The position numbers and the translations under genes are program-made. A model generated the notes under the pieces. The model did not search any database. It was not told the DNA's origin and was given only the letters and a program-made list of their open reading frames with translations. Below, piece after piece: positions 12,044 to 25,763 of a stretch of DNA of 64,000 nt; the first letter of the stretch is position 1; each line of letters begins with the position of its first letter. Source of the stretch: Octopus bimaculoides. Its lineage: Eukaryota. The stretch is taken from the NCBI RefSeq assembly GCF_001194135.2, contig NC_068983.1:131554876-131618875 (forward strand). Direction: 5' to 3'.

Positions 12044-12399
12044 AACAAAGTTTAAGACATCCAGTAGCCTGGTGATGGTGTTAAACTGCTTGACTAATAA
12101 AATCAAGAATAAAATCAAGGAAACGTACAGTCCATTCAGTGGACTTTCTAACAGCTTCAATTTGATTTTAATCACAAGACTTGAGTTGACTTGAGGCTAT
12201 GGTAAAAGTATTTCTTTATTTACCTATAAAAGGTATACATAGAGGGGACACTACAAAGGACGAACACTTACATTCTTACAAAATCGTTTGGGCTGTAATG
12301 AAAATGGAAAAAAAATCGAAAAAATCAGATGAAAGGATGAAATAAAACTATATACAATTAAAAATTATAAAATAATGTTCGGGGTTATTTTTTATATTT

Positions 12400-13250
12400 A
12401 ACCCGCCGTTTTTTTTCCTTTGTTTTTTTTTCCTTCTTTTCACCTTGACCGGCTATGCTAGTACGGCCCCATTTATTCTCAACTTCCTTACAACTGACAT
12501 CTATCTTTTCCCAAACATACTTTGCGACAGGCACTTTTTCTCCAGACGGATCTTTCTCGACAGGTGTAAGTTGGAAATAGCTTACCAACCCGTGTCCGGA
12601 GATGAAGTGACCTATCCCAATCCCTTTCGCTCGTGTCGTCCATACCGTTTCTTTCAGTATGGCTACGACGCAGAAAAACGATGCCTTCTTTTCTTTGTCG
12701 AAGCAAGAAAGCGGTACGATCATGGACTCAGTCGAGAGCCGTACTCTTTCTGCATCCGACATCAGTTGTTCGACATAGTTTATCAACTCCCTAAACTTCT
12801 CACAGTGTACGAAGGCGTGCACGACAGTTTCCCTGGCGCGCCCGCACCTCGGGCATGTGGGGGAGGTGACAAAACCGTGTGTAGACAACCTCTCGAACCG
12901 GTAAAGCCGATCAGTTGCATAACCAAGTCAAGGATTTCTGGAAGTTATCCAGATACCTCGGCCCGAATGTACTTCCGAACAGTTTGATCAGTTGTTCCTT
13001 ATTGAAGCCCAGAGTCTCTACCAGGACACCGTCGGACTTATGCTCAACTAACCCTCTATAAAAATCCGCAGTGGTAGCCTCACTGCCGGTATTGCTCGTC
13101 CGAGAGAACAGAGTGAGTACTTGTCTGCACTCTCTCTGCCATTCTCCCATCCTAGGTCTCCGCTTCATCCATGTACCTAAGTCCCTCCTTACAACATGAA
13201 TATAATATTGCAATTTATGGCAGTAGAAGCGGCGGATTCAGTAGTGAGTC
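12400..13250 (-). mobile_element. L1/Tx1-clade LINE, 5'-truncated ORF2 3' end
   Basis: LDNFQKSLTWLC then CPRCGRARETVVHAFVHC (CCHC zinc knuckle), ILKETVWTTR, and an A-rich tail near 12410-12440. Confidence 0.85.
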
Positions 13251-13729
13251 GAATTGGAAACTATACGCTTCTGTGTTCATAGATATTTTGGTGACATTTA
13301 CGATATGATATATTGACCATATTGTGGAGGTTTATCATTTTTATTGGCAGTATCACATCCCCGATGATCATGTCTTTGGCACTGCATGACATTGGAATTA
13401 CATTTATATTATCACCCCTCTTAAGTCTTCCTTCTTTCTACAGTTAAGCCTATGCAGGAAAAAAAAATGATCTTAAATGTTTGACTACTCAACTAATTTA
13501 ATACTGAAGAACGAACCGCTGCCCGAACGTTTGAAATGTGAATATAACAGCTTCTTTAAATCTTGTCCTGCAGTGTTATAAAGAGTAAATGTTTTATTTC
13601 TAGGATAATGTACTTAAGATACCTTGAACAAAGCTAGGATGATTACAGGTTGAATGCTTTTAACAGTGGTCTGCTCTACCAGGGCTGACCTAGTAGATAA
13701 GCAACTATAACAATAATAATAGTAACAAG

Positions 13730-13880
13730 GCAGCAGCTTTGATGAGTCGATAGAGTGTCGGATAGAGTGCACGTACTATTTACTCCGACACTCTGTGCCT
13801 TGAGTTCACATCTTGCTGAGGTCAATTTTGCATTTCATCCTTTCAGGGTCGATAAAAAGTACCAATTCAGGTGGGTAGAT
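13730..13880 (+). mobile_element. SINE family B copy
   Basis: gagttcacatcttgctgaggtcaattttgcatttcatcctttcagggtcgataaaaagtacc. Confidence 0.65.
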
Positions 13881-15735
13881 TGACGGAAATGTCATTGTGG
13901 TATTTCTCCCAGATTTATGCATTCTGACTTCATATTCTCCCATGGGCTACTTGAGTGATAGAATGAATCACTCGTCCGGTTTACCAACACTATCTGGTAC
14001 TTTATATGTTTTTTGTAAATTTCAGTCTGTTATAAGCATTTCGGCCAGATCTCTGGTTTATGTATTTCTCTCCCCCCCCCCAAGTCCCTAGGGTATTGTA
14101 AATGGTAGTGAAAATACCTTTACCTTGACTAAATGATAGATGAAAAAATAAATGAATAAACAACTTACAGTTTATTTTCTAGCACGGCCACAAAATTAGA
14201 GTTGAAGCCAATAGAATAATTATATCTGACTTCACTTAATTTCAAATATTTAAAATTCAGCAACAGATTGATTGATATTTAAAAGGTGCACAAGACGCTA
14301 AAGTATTCCCGATAAACATAAAGAGAGAAGTTTCTATAAAAAAAAAATCGCATTTTTACACTTAGCTTTAAATAACAAATNNNNNNNNNNNNNNNNNNNN
14401 NNNNNNNNNNNNNNNNNNNNNNNNNNNNNNNNNNNNNNNNNNNNNNNNNNNNNNNNNNNNNNNNNNNNNNNNNNNNNNNNNNNNNNNNNNNNNNNNNNNN
14501 NNNNNNNNNNNNNNNNNNNNNNNNNNNNNNNNNNNNNNNNNNNNNNNNNNNNNNNNNNNNNNNNNNNNNNNNNNNNNCAGCAACCCCGTGAAAAAGAAAC
14601 AAAAAATCCTTTTTCAATTCACTTTGAACAATTCCATTAACGAAAGCAAATCTTCATTTTCATTTCACGATTCTTTGATCGGTTGAGCTGGTTGGCACCT
14701 CTCGCATGAAATGGCTTTTCACATTCTGACATAAACAAGAAAACAAGCACTTCAAAACACTTTTGTTTTCAAATATGAAATCTAATGCAGGGAAACTTCG
14801 GCGGGAAATTAACATATTATTACCAGGAATTTGACACAAGCGATCAGAAAGATTCAGTCTTTGAGAGTACACATGAGTGCTAATAATAATCACTATTTTA
14901 TGATTCCCTTAGTAACTTTTCGTTTTCTTATTGTACGTTATCTAATCCTTTGTTTGCTTCACAATTTCTATTTCGTTCCCTAACTATTCTCAGTTTATAC
15001 TTGACCAGTCCGACTTTCCACTTCATAATTTTCTGTTCGATCAATTTAGTACCAATAATACATTTGGGTATATTTAACGGACTACGCGTCTCCTCAGCAC
15101 AACTGTCACTGCGCAAAATCAATAGAAATCAATACACTATGGAAATGTTATTTCTAGTATTCATGCGAATTCAATTCAAAAGACAATATAGTCTTAACTT
15201 CATATTGATTTCATGGGTTGTGACAACCTGAGGCTTGTATATATGATCTGAGAATTATTGAATGAAATCAATCTGTCAGTCTATGATAATGTGATGAGGT
15301 TTTATTTGACAGTGAGATATCATTATATTGACGTTAGAGATAGCGGAGCTAGTATCTAAAACGCCATTGGATACTACTTAGTCTCTGTGAAACAATGACG
15401 TTGCCTCTACGTGGTAGTGCAAAATGTTAGAAATAGCAGCCAAGTTTCTTTTATGACACATCTTACTGTCTTAAAGAAGGCAATATTCACTGGATAGTCC
15501 TAGAAAGTCGTGCCTAAAAGAGGTTAGAGGTCATGGGTAGAATACTTTTGATTAAAGTAATACTTGATTAGAAATGGTCATGGGATAAGCGAGCAAAACA
15601 ACTTAATCTCGTTTTACTGCTTATGTTCCACCATGATTTTTGGTGAAGGCTATGAGTAGTGAATGGTAGGATTTGTAGTATAGTGTACAAAATTAAATGT
15701 GTGATGGATAGTAGAATGTGTTGTACAGTGTAAAG

Positions 15736-16084
15736 ATATTTATGAGTAGTGGAGAGGGAAATCGATATAGTGATGTAAAAAAATAGTAGATGCTATTTGT
15801 TTATACCTCTGTGTTCTGTGTTCAAATCCCACCGAGGTCGACTTTGCCTTTCATCCTTTTGGGGTCAATAGATCAAGTACCAGTTGCGTACTAAGGTCGA
15901 TGTAATCGACTTAATCCCTTTGACTGTCCTTGTTTGTCTCCTCTATGTTTAGCCCCTTGTGGGCAATAAAGAAATAGATATCTATGAGTAGTGGAGAGGG
16001 AAATCGATATAGTGATGTGAAAAATAGTATATGCTATTTGTTTATACCTCTTTATGTTTTGTGTTCAAATCCCGCCGTGGTCGA
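15736..16084 (+). repeat. Local direct duplication of about 105 bp (15736-15840 and 15979-16084)
   Basis: tatgagtagtggagagggaaatcgatatagtgatgt...gttcaaatccc..cg.ggtcga occurs twice, 243 bp apart. Confidence 0.9.
15790..15978 (+). mobile_element. SINE family B 3' part
   Basis: gttcaaatcccaccgaggtcgactttgcctttcatcc...gtttagccccttgtgggcaataaagaaata. Confidence 0.8.
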
Positions 16085-16511
16085 TGAAATAAATATAATT
16101 CAATCGCTGCAATTATTTTTATTTACCACACTTCTATTTCAAAAGTTATGTTTTACCATAGTTTCTTTTCGGATCTATTGAGTGTTAGCTGGAAATCGTT
16201 TTTGCAGAACCCACCATTAAGCTTCGATTCCCTGCAGCAGCCGATAAGATTCACCCACACTGATCTCTTTTGGTGAAAAAATATACATATGCACCACATC
16301 TAGTTTTCTCTTATAAAATGGTTAAAACATATGTATGTATGTATAAGCTGTAATTTTTTGTATAATTATATATTGTTAATATAACAATACATAAAAACGG
16401 GCTAGAGTTGAAGTGCTCAGCATGAGCTAGAATTCACATTATAGTAAGAATGGATACATAAGGGTGGAAGACCACAGGAACAATACCGTATATCCAACGC
16501 AAGATTTAATA

Positions 16512-16543
<32 letters not shown>

Positions 16544-17193
16544 CAATTCATTCTAGAATCAATAAATATATAGTTTTAAGTCTCTAAAATGTCTAAAAAG
16601 TAAGGTGCGTATGTATGTATGTATGTATGTATGTGCGTGCGTATTCGTATGTGTAAAATAACTTACTTGTCGGTGAAGCTGTTTCTCAGGATAGTAGAGA
16701 CAACCATTATTTGATTTTAATTTTTGATTATATACAAGTCGTTTACATCACTTTCTAAGATAGATATGAATGTTATGCACACAACCATTTTCCCTTCCGT
16801 ACGCGTTTGTTGAGTTGTATCTAATATAATCTAATATTATGGCATTGGGTGCTGAATGACATAAAACAGAAATAAGCTCCGAGCAATCAGAATCAGCGAC
16901 TCTTTAATTTCCTTCGCTTCAGTGATACCTACCCTTGAGAAACAGGTTCATTGTATTTAATTCCTCCAACTTATTAGCTAGTCTAATAAGGTTATTTTTG
17001 CTAATTCAAAGAAATGAAAGAAACATATCTTTAGATGCTTTCGTGCTGTTGAGTGTTGAAATGAACCGAAACTTATTTTGATTGAACTCACTACGGTTCC
17101 AGCTTTATAACTACCTCTCTAGACATTCTTGGTTAAAAGCTAGAAGTGGTGCTTGTTAAAATTAATTGATTAGTATAGAAATATTGAATTACA

Positions 17194-17224
<31 letters not shown>

Positions 17225-17244
17225 CTTTGTTTTCAATTTTGTAG

Positions 17245-17429
17245 ATTCTTGAAAAACTGTCAGATGAAATGGATATCCTCTATTACATGGTACCTGGTGT
17301 GATACCCAAATTGATTAAAGACCGAGACTTCATTATTGTACGACGGTGCACTAAGCAGGGAGGAATGTACTTTCAAGCATCTTGTGGCGCCAAGCACAGC
17401 AGTAAACCTCAACAGAAGAAAATAATACG
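17245..17429 (+). CDS. Internal coding exon (185 nt) of a START-domain lipid/cholesterol-transfer protein, StAR/STARD3-like
   Basis: Acceptor ctttgttttcaattttgtag| and donor CG|gtaagc. Open frame ILEKLSDEMDILYYMVPGVIPKLIKDRDFIIVRRCTKQGGMYFQASCGAKHSSKPQQKKIIR has the START 'RDF..VR' motif and resembles StAR VLQKI...PRDFVSVR...PEQKGVIR (recalled sequence). Confidence 0.9.
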
Positions 17430-18234
17430 GTAAGCATAAAAATAGAACATCATTAAATTTGCATAGATAGTAGTTTAAAGATAAATTGTTAATATATAAA
17501 GAATTTAAAACTTCAACGTTTTGTTTGGGATTTGTATCGTTATTTGAAAGCCACCAATACATTCTAGAAATGAAGTGAACATTTTACAAACAACAGAACA
17601 ATAAAAACCATCACCTTTTTGCTTTGGAGTTTATGACAGTTATAACTCGGTGAACAAGGTTTCCCACTAGTAATCTTGACATAAGGTGGTATGAAAAATT
17701 ACTTCCAGTTCTCATTACTAAGACATCCATCAATTCCGCTCTTCTTTATGACTTCATCTATGTCTGTTGATTGATTGGTTGGTTAATTAGTTGTTATTTA
17801 ACCCTAGTCGGTGCATTTTGATCAGACCTTCCATCACGTACATACCAGCTATAGTCATTCCACCCTTTCGTTTTCATAACATTGTTTAATATATAATCTT
17901 TTTTCGGACGATAGGATGTTTGTGGGAAATGTGTCCGCTATGTTTAACAACTCAGGGGACTACATAGAATCTTCTTTCTTGGTTTTGCAAGTAACATCAT
18001 AATGCGGCTAATCACAGCTTTTCTGACTAATTGAAAATGTGTTTTTCTTAGGAGACAGAGTACTTTATTTAACATTTCTCCCTTCACCCAGTTGTTAGGA
18101 ATAGATTTTTTATATTCTAAGATATTCCCGCTAATTTTTTTTTTGCTACATGTAAAACAAAACATCACTATTTATAATTCCCATGTGTTGACGAAAGATT
18201 TACGTTCTTGTTTTTCTGTCAGTTTGTTTATGTC

Positions 18235-18500
18235 TTTTTTTTGCGCCCTTTTTTAAAGCCTAGCCAATCTTATGGGCCCGGTTTCCCGGTTTCAATGGCG
18301 TATGTGTTCCCCAGCTGGACGGGACGCCAGTCCATCGCAGAGTTACTCATTTTCTCATTTTTGCCAGCTGAGTGGACTGGAGCAATGTGAAATGGAGTGT
18401 TTTGCCCAAGAACACAACGCGTCAACCGATCCAGGAATCGAAACCACAATCTTACGATCAGGATGCTGACACCCTAACCACTAAGCCATGCGCCTCCACA
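18235..18500 (-). mobile_element. tRNA-derived SINE family D in the START intron
   Basis: Head (minus) gtggaggcgcatggcttagtggttaggg...gtttcgattcctgg; core agctgagtggactggagc. Confidence 0.85.
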
Positions 18501-18515
18501 GTTTGTTTATGTGCG

Positions 18516-18547
<32 letters not shown>

Positions 18548-18599
18548 CGTACACGTTTATGCATGCATACGATATCCTTCTATACTTATCTAAACTCCC

Positions 18600-19680
18600 A
18601 AAGAATCACATGTGCGTGAAGTTCGTAGCTTCTTATACCGTACTACTGTGAGTATGCAGTTCTGTTGATCGAACAATTAAAGCACTCTGTATTCTTCTAT
18701 AGTTTGGTATCTGTGTTAGAATACCAATTGTTAATGTATATTTTATACTACCCATTTCTTCTATAATGCATTGTTTGTTGACGTGAATATAAACACTCTT
18801 CTAAGAGGGATTATACCACTGACATCTTATAGTTGTGTGGGCATTCCCTGTCTCATTTTAGGTGTATGCGTTTGTTTGATCCCTAGTAGGTATACCAGTC
18901 TGATGTATGTATTTTTTGTTTTTGGTATTTTGGTCTGTATGTTTATGTCTAAAAACGAGCACTCATTTGTATTATTCTGGATAAGTTTTAGTACGGTGTT
19001 ATTTTCTAAGTCTTCCATCATTTTATATATCATTTACATATCTGGTATGTATTATGTGCTTATGTTTTGATAATATTCTTTCCTCCATTGTTTTGTTGAT
19101 AAACAGAATGCTGTAGACGTAGGTCCTAAGGAGGGATTCCATAGCCACTCCATCTGAATTTTGTATCAATTATCATGTGAATAGTGAAAATACACTTCAG
19201 TTGCTCACGTCATAAATAAATTATTTTTAATTAGACTACTGGTATCGCAAGTGGCTTTATTCGTGAATAATTATATGCGTTCTCTGTTATGATTTCTATA
19301 GTTTCTACCACTGGGACGTCTGTGAATAAACTTTCAACATCCAATGTAAACACAGTTGCTATTCTACTTATTTCTTCTAAAATCTGTAGAAATTCCTCAG
19401 TTGATTTAAAAATATATTTCATTGGTATGTAGTTTTGCGATTGAATGTATAGGCGCACTATTTAGGACATTATGAGAGAGATGTTTTGTCTGTGTTTTGT
19501 TTACTGTACCATATATTTGTCCAGTTTGTAAAAATTAACACGATCCTATTTTTGCATTTATTACGGTAATTAATTTGCTTATTATAATTTTTTTTTACTT
19601 TTAGCTGTTTGGTCTTCTCTTACTTGATCATAGGGAATTTGACTTTGTTTCTGAGTAGATTATTGATTTTGTATTGTGTT
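18600..19680 (-). mobile_element. Penelope-like element, degraded reverse transcriptase
   Basis: TLDVESLFTDVPVVETIEII (PLE LDVESLFTNVP motif), QNSDGVAMESLL (DGVAMGSPL-like) and SFLDINI in shifting frames. Confidence 0.8.
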
Positions 19681-19782
19681 CGTCTCGCTTTCTCTCTTTC
19701 TCTCTTTCTCTCTTTCTCTCTTTCTCCCGCTCATGTATGTATGTATGTATGTATGTATGTATGTATGTATGTGTATGTGTGC

Positions 19783-19839
<57 letters not shown>

Positions 19840-20409
19840 TGAGTGTGTACATATACACACGGTCACATACACACAAAGTGTAAGAAAGCGCAGGAAAATG
19901 AAGCCCGGAATCATTGCAATTGGCATCACTCAATTATCACTAAACCTGGCCTCTCCGAAATCAAAAGTGATAGAAACGATTAAAAATGCACCACCAACAA
20001 CCTCATTATCAATCAACACTTTCTTGCTATCTTTTTATCCCGCCTGTTTGATACGATGTTGGCCTTCTCAGTTATGAACGCCATCTACATATAGGAATTA
20101 TTCAATTAGGATAAAATGAACTTCTCGAACAGCTGACAAATACGATAATTAAAAAGTCACTCGCCAGCTAGTATGCGCTGGTTGCATACACAAACTTTCA
20201 CCAATTTCGACACCTATGTAGCCACGTGGTGATATAGAGTGCTTTTGCAAGTTTACTGAGAGTCCAGTAATATTGTTAGCATTGTTTTAATGTATTCATT
20301 GGTACTTTTTATCATTGTTATCAATATTAACGCCTCAATTTTGGGTGTCATGTATCTAAAATTGAGGCAAATAAACTGTTATTTAATGCCAATTGCCCCT
20401 TACGTGGTT

Positions 20410-20775
20410 GAAATTTGAACAATGTTCTCAGTTATGGAGACGATTATAGAAGCCTTTGTGGCTAGGATAAGCTGAAAAGACGGGATAACAAACGCTATAG
20501 TATTAGAAAAGTTGAAAATATCAAAACACGCTTTTTCGAGAATAAAGTTCTGAAAGTTGTCATATTTCGGGCATAAAATGCGCCACGGTTCACTGTCCGA
20601 GACCATCGTTACAAGAAGTGTTTAGGGGTATAGAGCAAGAGGCTGTCAAATACGTTTTTAATGTGACGACAACAAGGAATAAAATGGAAACAAGAGCCTG
20701 CCCGTACCACAGGACAAAGGACTTGGCTAATCGACACGTAAACACAGAGAAGGCATCTGGCTGATGATGATAAAG
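20410..20775 (+). mobile_element. RTE-clade LINE 3' fragment
   Basis: IEAFVARIS*KDGITNAIVL...KLSYFGHKMRHGSL...GYRARG resembles the RTE ORF C-terminus; ends in a short tgatgatga tail. Confidence 0.6.
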
Positions 20776-21224
20776 TCCGTTACATCCGCTCCTGTACTTG
20801 ACTAGTAATTTATTTTATCAACAGCGAAGGGTTGAAAGTCGAAGTTAACCACGGTGGGATTTGAACTCAGTACAGAACAATGATTGAATACCACAAAGCG
20901 TTTTATCCTACGCTTTAACGATTGTAGCAACCTACTGTTCACGCTATTATCAATATTGCATTAACTACAAATGAAAACTAACATTTAACGCAGTCATATT
21001 CATGGCTTTAGTTCTTCTATTAGTAGTGTCGATTTGACCTAACGTCTTCGTTAACATCGATCTTATGTTGCGATACTTAAGTTTTTTTTGTTTTCTTGAA
21101 TTTAAAGTTGTTCTTTGTTTTATTTTTTAGTTTTTACATTTTCACTATTCACTCTTAATACACTAACACTAATCAAACACGTTTCAACAGGAACAAGTAA
21201 GCACATGCATGTATGTGTGTAACT

Positions 21225-21231
21225 ACGCATC

Positions 21232-21284
<53 letters not shown>

Positions 21285-21628
21285 TACATACATGTATACC
21301 TATACAAATATATATATATATATATATACATATAAGCATGCATACGCACATTCATATAGACACACACGCACACACACACACACACACACACGGTGGTGCA
21401 CCAGCATGACCGCAGCCACTTGGCTGAAACACATAAATAAATAAATAAATATATATATATATATATATTCATATATATATATATACTTATATATAGTTAT
21501 ATAAATATATATATTTATATATGCCATGTATATATATTTATATTTATATATACATGCACATGTATATACATATATACATACATATACAAGTATACATACA
21601 TATACATAAATATATATACATATACGTT

Positions 21629-21679
<51 letters not shown>

Positions 21680-21729
21680 GTATATATACACATATGCATA
21701 CACNNNNNNNNNNNNNNNNNNNNNNNNNN

Positions 21730-21788
<59 letters not shown>

Positions 21789-22010
21789 CATTTATATGTA
21801 TATACACATATACATACACACACTCGTACATATATATACATATATATATAAATACATATATGTATGTGTGTATGTATGCGTATGTATGACATATAAACAC
21901 ATACACTAATATAGGGCTAAGATTTACGTTACATTTATATTTACATACAAATACACACATCCATGCATAGATACATACATACATACATACATACATACAT
22001 ACATACATAC
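21225..22010. repeat. Compound (TA)n/(CA)n/(TACA)n microsatellite field; similar fields at 19690-19850, 37745-39260, 43220-43780, 49620-49745, 53750-53895, 54340-54962 and 59625-59870
   Basis: Direct reading. Confidence 0.95.
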
Positions 22011-23409
22011 AGAGACACATAATGACTCGCTCGACCACTCGGCCTTTTAATTAAAACACTTTTCCTTATTTGCGGGTAACAATTTGAAAAGAAGGATTAA
22101 TGCATGAGTGCATTTGTGTGTATGTATATGCACATGTATATGTAAGTGTATTCATACTTTTGCATGAAATATATACACAACACATCAGTAAACATACACA
22201 GTATCGATTTGGTCAGCAGAAAGTCTGGTTAAATATGCAAACACATTGAACGTGCACACATCTACATACCCACACATACATGCAAGAACATAGACATAAA
22301 TATACACATACATGCAGAGCAGATATATATATATATATATGTATATATAAATATATNNNNNNNNNNNNNNNNNNNNNNNNNNNNNNNNNNNNNNNNNNNN
22401 NNNNNNNNNNNNNNNNNNNNNNNNNNNNNNNNNNNNNNNNNNNNNNNNNNNNNNNNNNNNNNNNNNNNNNNNNNNNNNNNNNNNNNNNNNNNNNNNNNNN
22501 NNNNNNNNNNNNNNNNNNNNNNNNNNNNNNNNNNNNNNNNNNNNNNNNNNNNNNNNNNNNNNNNNNNNNNNNNNNNNNNNNNNNNNNNNNNNNNNNNNNN
22601 NNNNNNNNNNNNNNNNNNNNNNNNNNNNNNNNNNNNNNNNNNNNNNNNNNNNNNNNNNNNNNNNNNNNNNNNNNNNNNNNNNNNNNNNNNNNNNNNNNNN
22701 NNNNNNNNNNNNNNNNNNNNNNNNNNNNNNNNNNNNNNNNNNNNNNNNNNNNNNNNNNNNNNNNNNNNNNNNNNNNNNNNNNNNNNNNNNNNNNNNNNNN
22801 NNNNNNNNNNNNNNNNNNNNNNNNNNNNNNNNNNNNNNNNNNNNNNNNNNNNNNNNNNNNNNNNNNNNNNNNNNNNNNNNNNNNNNNNNNNNNNNNNNNN
22901 NNNNNNNNNNNNNNNNNNNNNNNNNNNNNNNNNNNNNNNNNNNNNNNNNNNNNNNNNNNNNNNNNNNNNNNNNNNNNNNNNNATATATATACATATATAT
23001 ATATATACATATATATATTCACACAGATGCTTATACTGACACAACAGGAATTTCAAGCGTACAATAGTTATGCTTCAAACAAATCATGTTCAATTGTTAA
23101 TACTTTTACTTTAACACAACGGTTTTGTACTATCCATGAATTAATATATTCGGACATAGCATGGCAATGTGAAACGCCCACTATTATCACCACATACTGT
23201 ATATATCTACGTAAGAGACACATTAACTCACGCATATACATTCGATACTAGATGTTTTTTCAGTACATGACTATATTAATTAAATATTTATCAATATGTA
23301 CTGAAATAGATTTTGTATATATTTTGTCATATTATTGCACTAGGCTATGAAAGATAGTATAATAATTGGTCATGTAGACTTGCATATATATTATAATGGT
23401 TCAAAATTT

Positions 23410-23580
23410 TAGGACAAGGTCAGAGAGGGTGGGGTATTAAATCGATTACATCGACCCCAGTTTTCAGATGGTGCTTAGTTTGTTGACCCCGGCGGAATTT
23501 CAACCCAGAATGCGAAGCCGGAAGAAACACCACTAAGCATTTTGTCCGGAGTGCTAATGATTTCGTCAACTCGTATACCT
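23410..23580 (-). mobile_element. SINE family B copy
   Basis: aatcgattacatcgaccccag...ggcggaatttcaacccagaa...ctaagcattttgtccgg. Confidence 0.7.
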
Positions 23581-24242
23581 ACAATTATCTATCTATCTAT
23601 CTATCGATCGATCGATCGTTCGATCTGAGTGTATATATTATATACCATATACATACACACACACACACACGCACACGCACACACACACACTCACACACAC
23701 ACGCACGCACACACATATATATAGATAGATGCACCTAAATTTTAAAAAACTCGTAAATGTTTAAAATGCATTCATTTACATATATACAAACTAGTTTCAA
23801 CAGTATTTTTTGTTTATCAATGGTAAAAGTTTAAAATTAGAAAAACATCTTTAAAAGTTTCAATATTGACAAATCAGAATGTTTCAATGTTGACATACTA
23901 AAATGCTTCAATGTTGACAAATTAAAATGTTTCAATGTTGATAAATTAACATGTTCAAAATAGAAGGTGTAAGTTTGAATGTTCATAGCAGTCAATAAAA
24001 TTAAAACTGTATATTAGTTTGTTTTAATGTACAAAGCTGATTAATTTTAGTGGTGGTCGACAAGTCATATTGTAAAAAAAAACTGTTACTCAGAGTTTCA
24101 CGTTCCTGTTCGTCGGTCAGTTGTTACCAAGATAGTTGATCATAATTGCCCGATCTGAATACTATCTTTTCCTACCTTGTTTCACATTTATGTGCTTACT
24201 CGGGTATAATTATATATATGTACACACACACACACACATACA

Positions 24243-24286
<44 letters not shown>

Positions 24287-25209
24287 NNNNNNNNNNNNNN
24301 NNNNNNNNNNNNNNNNNNNNNNNNNNNNNNNNNNNNNNNNNNNNNNNNNNNNNNNNNNNNNNNNNNNNNNNNNNNNNNNNNNNNNNNNNNNNNNNNNNNN
24401 NNNNNNNNNNNNNNNNNNNNNNNNNNNNNNNNNNNNNNNNNNNNNNNNNNNNNNNNNNNNNNNNNNNNNNNNNNNNNNNNNNNNNNNNNNNNNNNNNNNN
24501 NNNNNNNNNNNNNNNNNNNNNNNNNNNNNNNNNNNNNNNNNNNNNNNNNNNNNNNNNNNNNNNNNNNNNNNNNNNNNNNNNNNNNNNNNNNNNNNNNNNN
24601 NNNNNNNNNNNNNNNNNNNNNNNNNNNNNNNNNNNNNNNNNNNNNNNNNNNNNNNNNNNNNNNNNNNNNNNNNNNTGTGTGTGTGTGTGTGTGTGTGTGT
24701 GTAATGTATGTATGTGTGTGGTGTGTGTGTGTATAAAGTTATCCACACAAATTTTTTGTCGTACACATACTTGTAATATATGTAGATGTTTTGTGCTGTG
24801 TGTGTGTGTCTGCACACCTACGTTTTCAAGCAGTATTCACACAATTTCTTTTTACCAGATAGTAGTCAAATCAAGGCAATGACAAAATACAATTGCTTCT
24901 GGTGTAGTGCGGTGATCAAAACCTTGATTACGAAATTACGAAGCACCCTTCTTAACGACACGACCATGTTAACAGACCAAACTACAACACTACAGCTTCT
25001 CTGTCTTTCTCATTCTCAACTGAGTTGTATATAGCTTAGTCATTATATTATTATTATTAATTCTGCACAACAATTAATCGTAACGAACTCTCATGTCAAA
25101 TCTCCAGTTGAGTTATTTGTGCCGAGGCTGTGCTCCAATAGAGCCTTTGAGACTGGTGTTTTCTATAACAAATATTTCTCTAAAGACGTGCATTAATACA
25201 TTTGCCAAT

Positions 25210-25420
25210 ATCATTTACTTAGTTCCTTTATTGAACTGTGGCCTTGGTGGAGAAGTGTCTTTAAACTTTTTAGTCGAAGAAATCGACTCAGTGCTCATTT
25301 TAATGTCTGGTACTTATTTTATAATTTTTTTTTGCCGAACCGCTGATTTACGGAGAGGTAACAAAATCAACACCGATTGTGAAGTAGTAGGGAGGGGCAC
25401 AAGTACAATACAAAATCCAA
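25210..25420 (-). mobile_element. SINE family A 3' half
   Basis: gccgaaccgctg...acggag...aacaccga matches the family A body. Confidence 0.6.
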
Positions 25421-25662
25421 GGGCTCATTCACATAGATACACTCACATACATGTATGCATTTATACATACAGTAATACCTAGATATATAAGTTAATTTGT
25501 TCGCGGATACAGCTTGTAAAGCAAAAACTCGTAAAGCAGAGCAATACTTTCGATAGTAGCAATGTTATAAATTATAATTCGTTCCCAGTAAAATATTTTA
25601 CCTATAAAATTTATAATACTCGTAAATAAATGGCAATTAAACAACAGTAGAATGTAAAGAAT

Positions 25663-25763
25663 ACTTTATGTAAAGTAAAAAGCATGTTAAGGTCATTTAT
25701 AAAAAAAAAAAAATATTATTAAATTACCTTAACATGCTTTTTACTTTACATAAAGTAAAAAGC
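25663..25763. repeat. Perfect 31-bp inverted repeat abutting a gap
   Basis: actttatgtaaagtaaaaagcatgttaaggt (25663-25693) vs accttaacatgctttttactttacataaagt (25726-25756). Confidence 0.9.

Noticed and set aside
15065-15100. Minus-strand CTGAGGA-GAC-gcgta-GTC hammerhead-like start (similar partial hit at 9170-9200)
   Set aside because: No GAAA after stem II at 15065, and no valid stems I/II at 9170.
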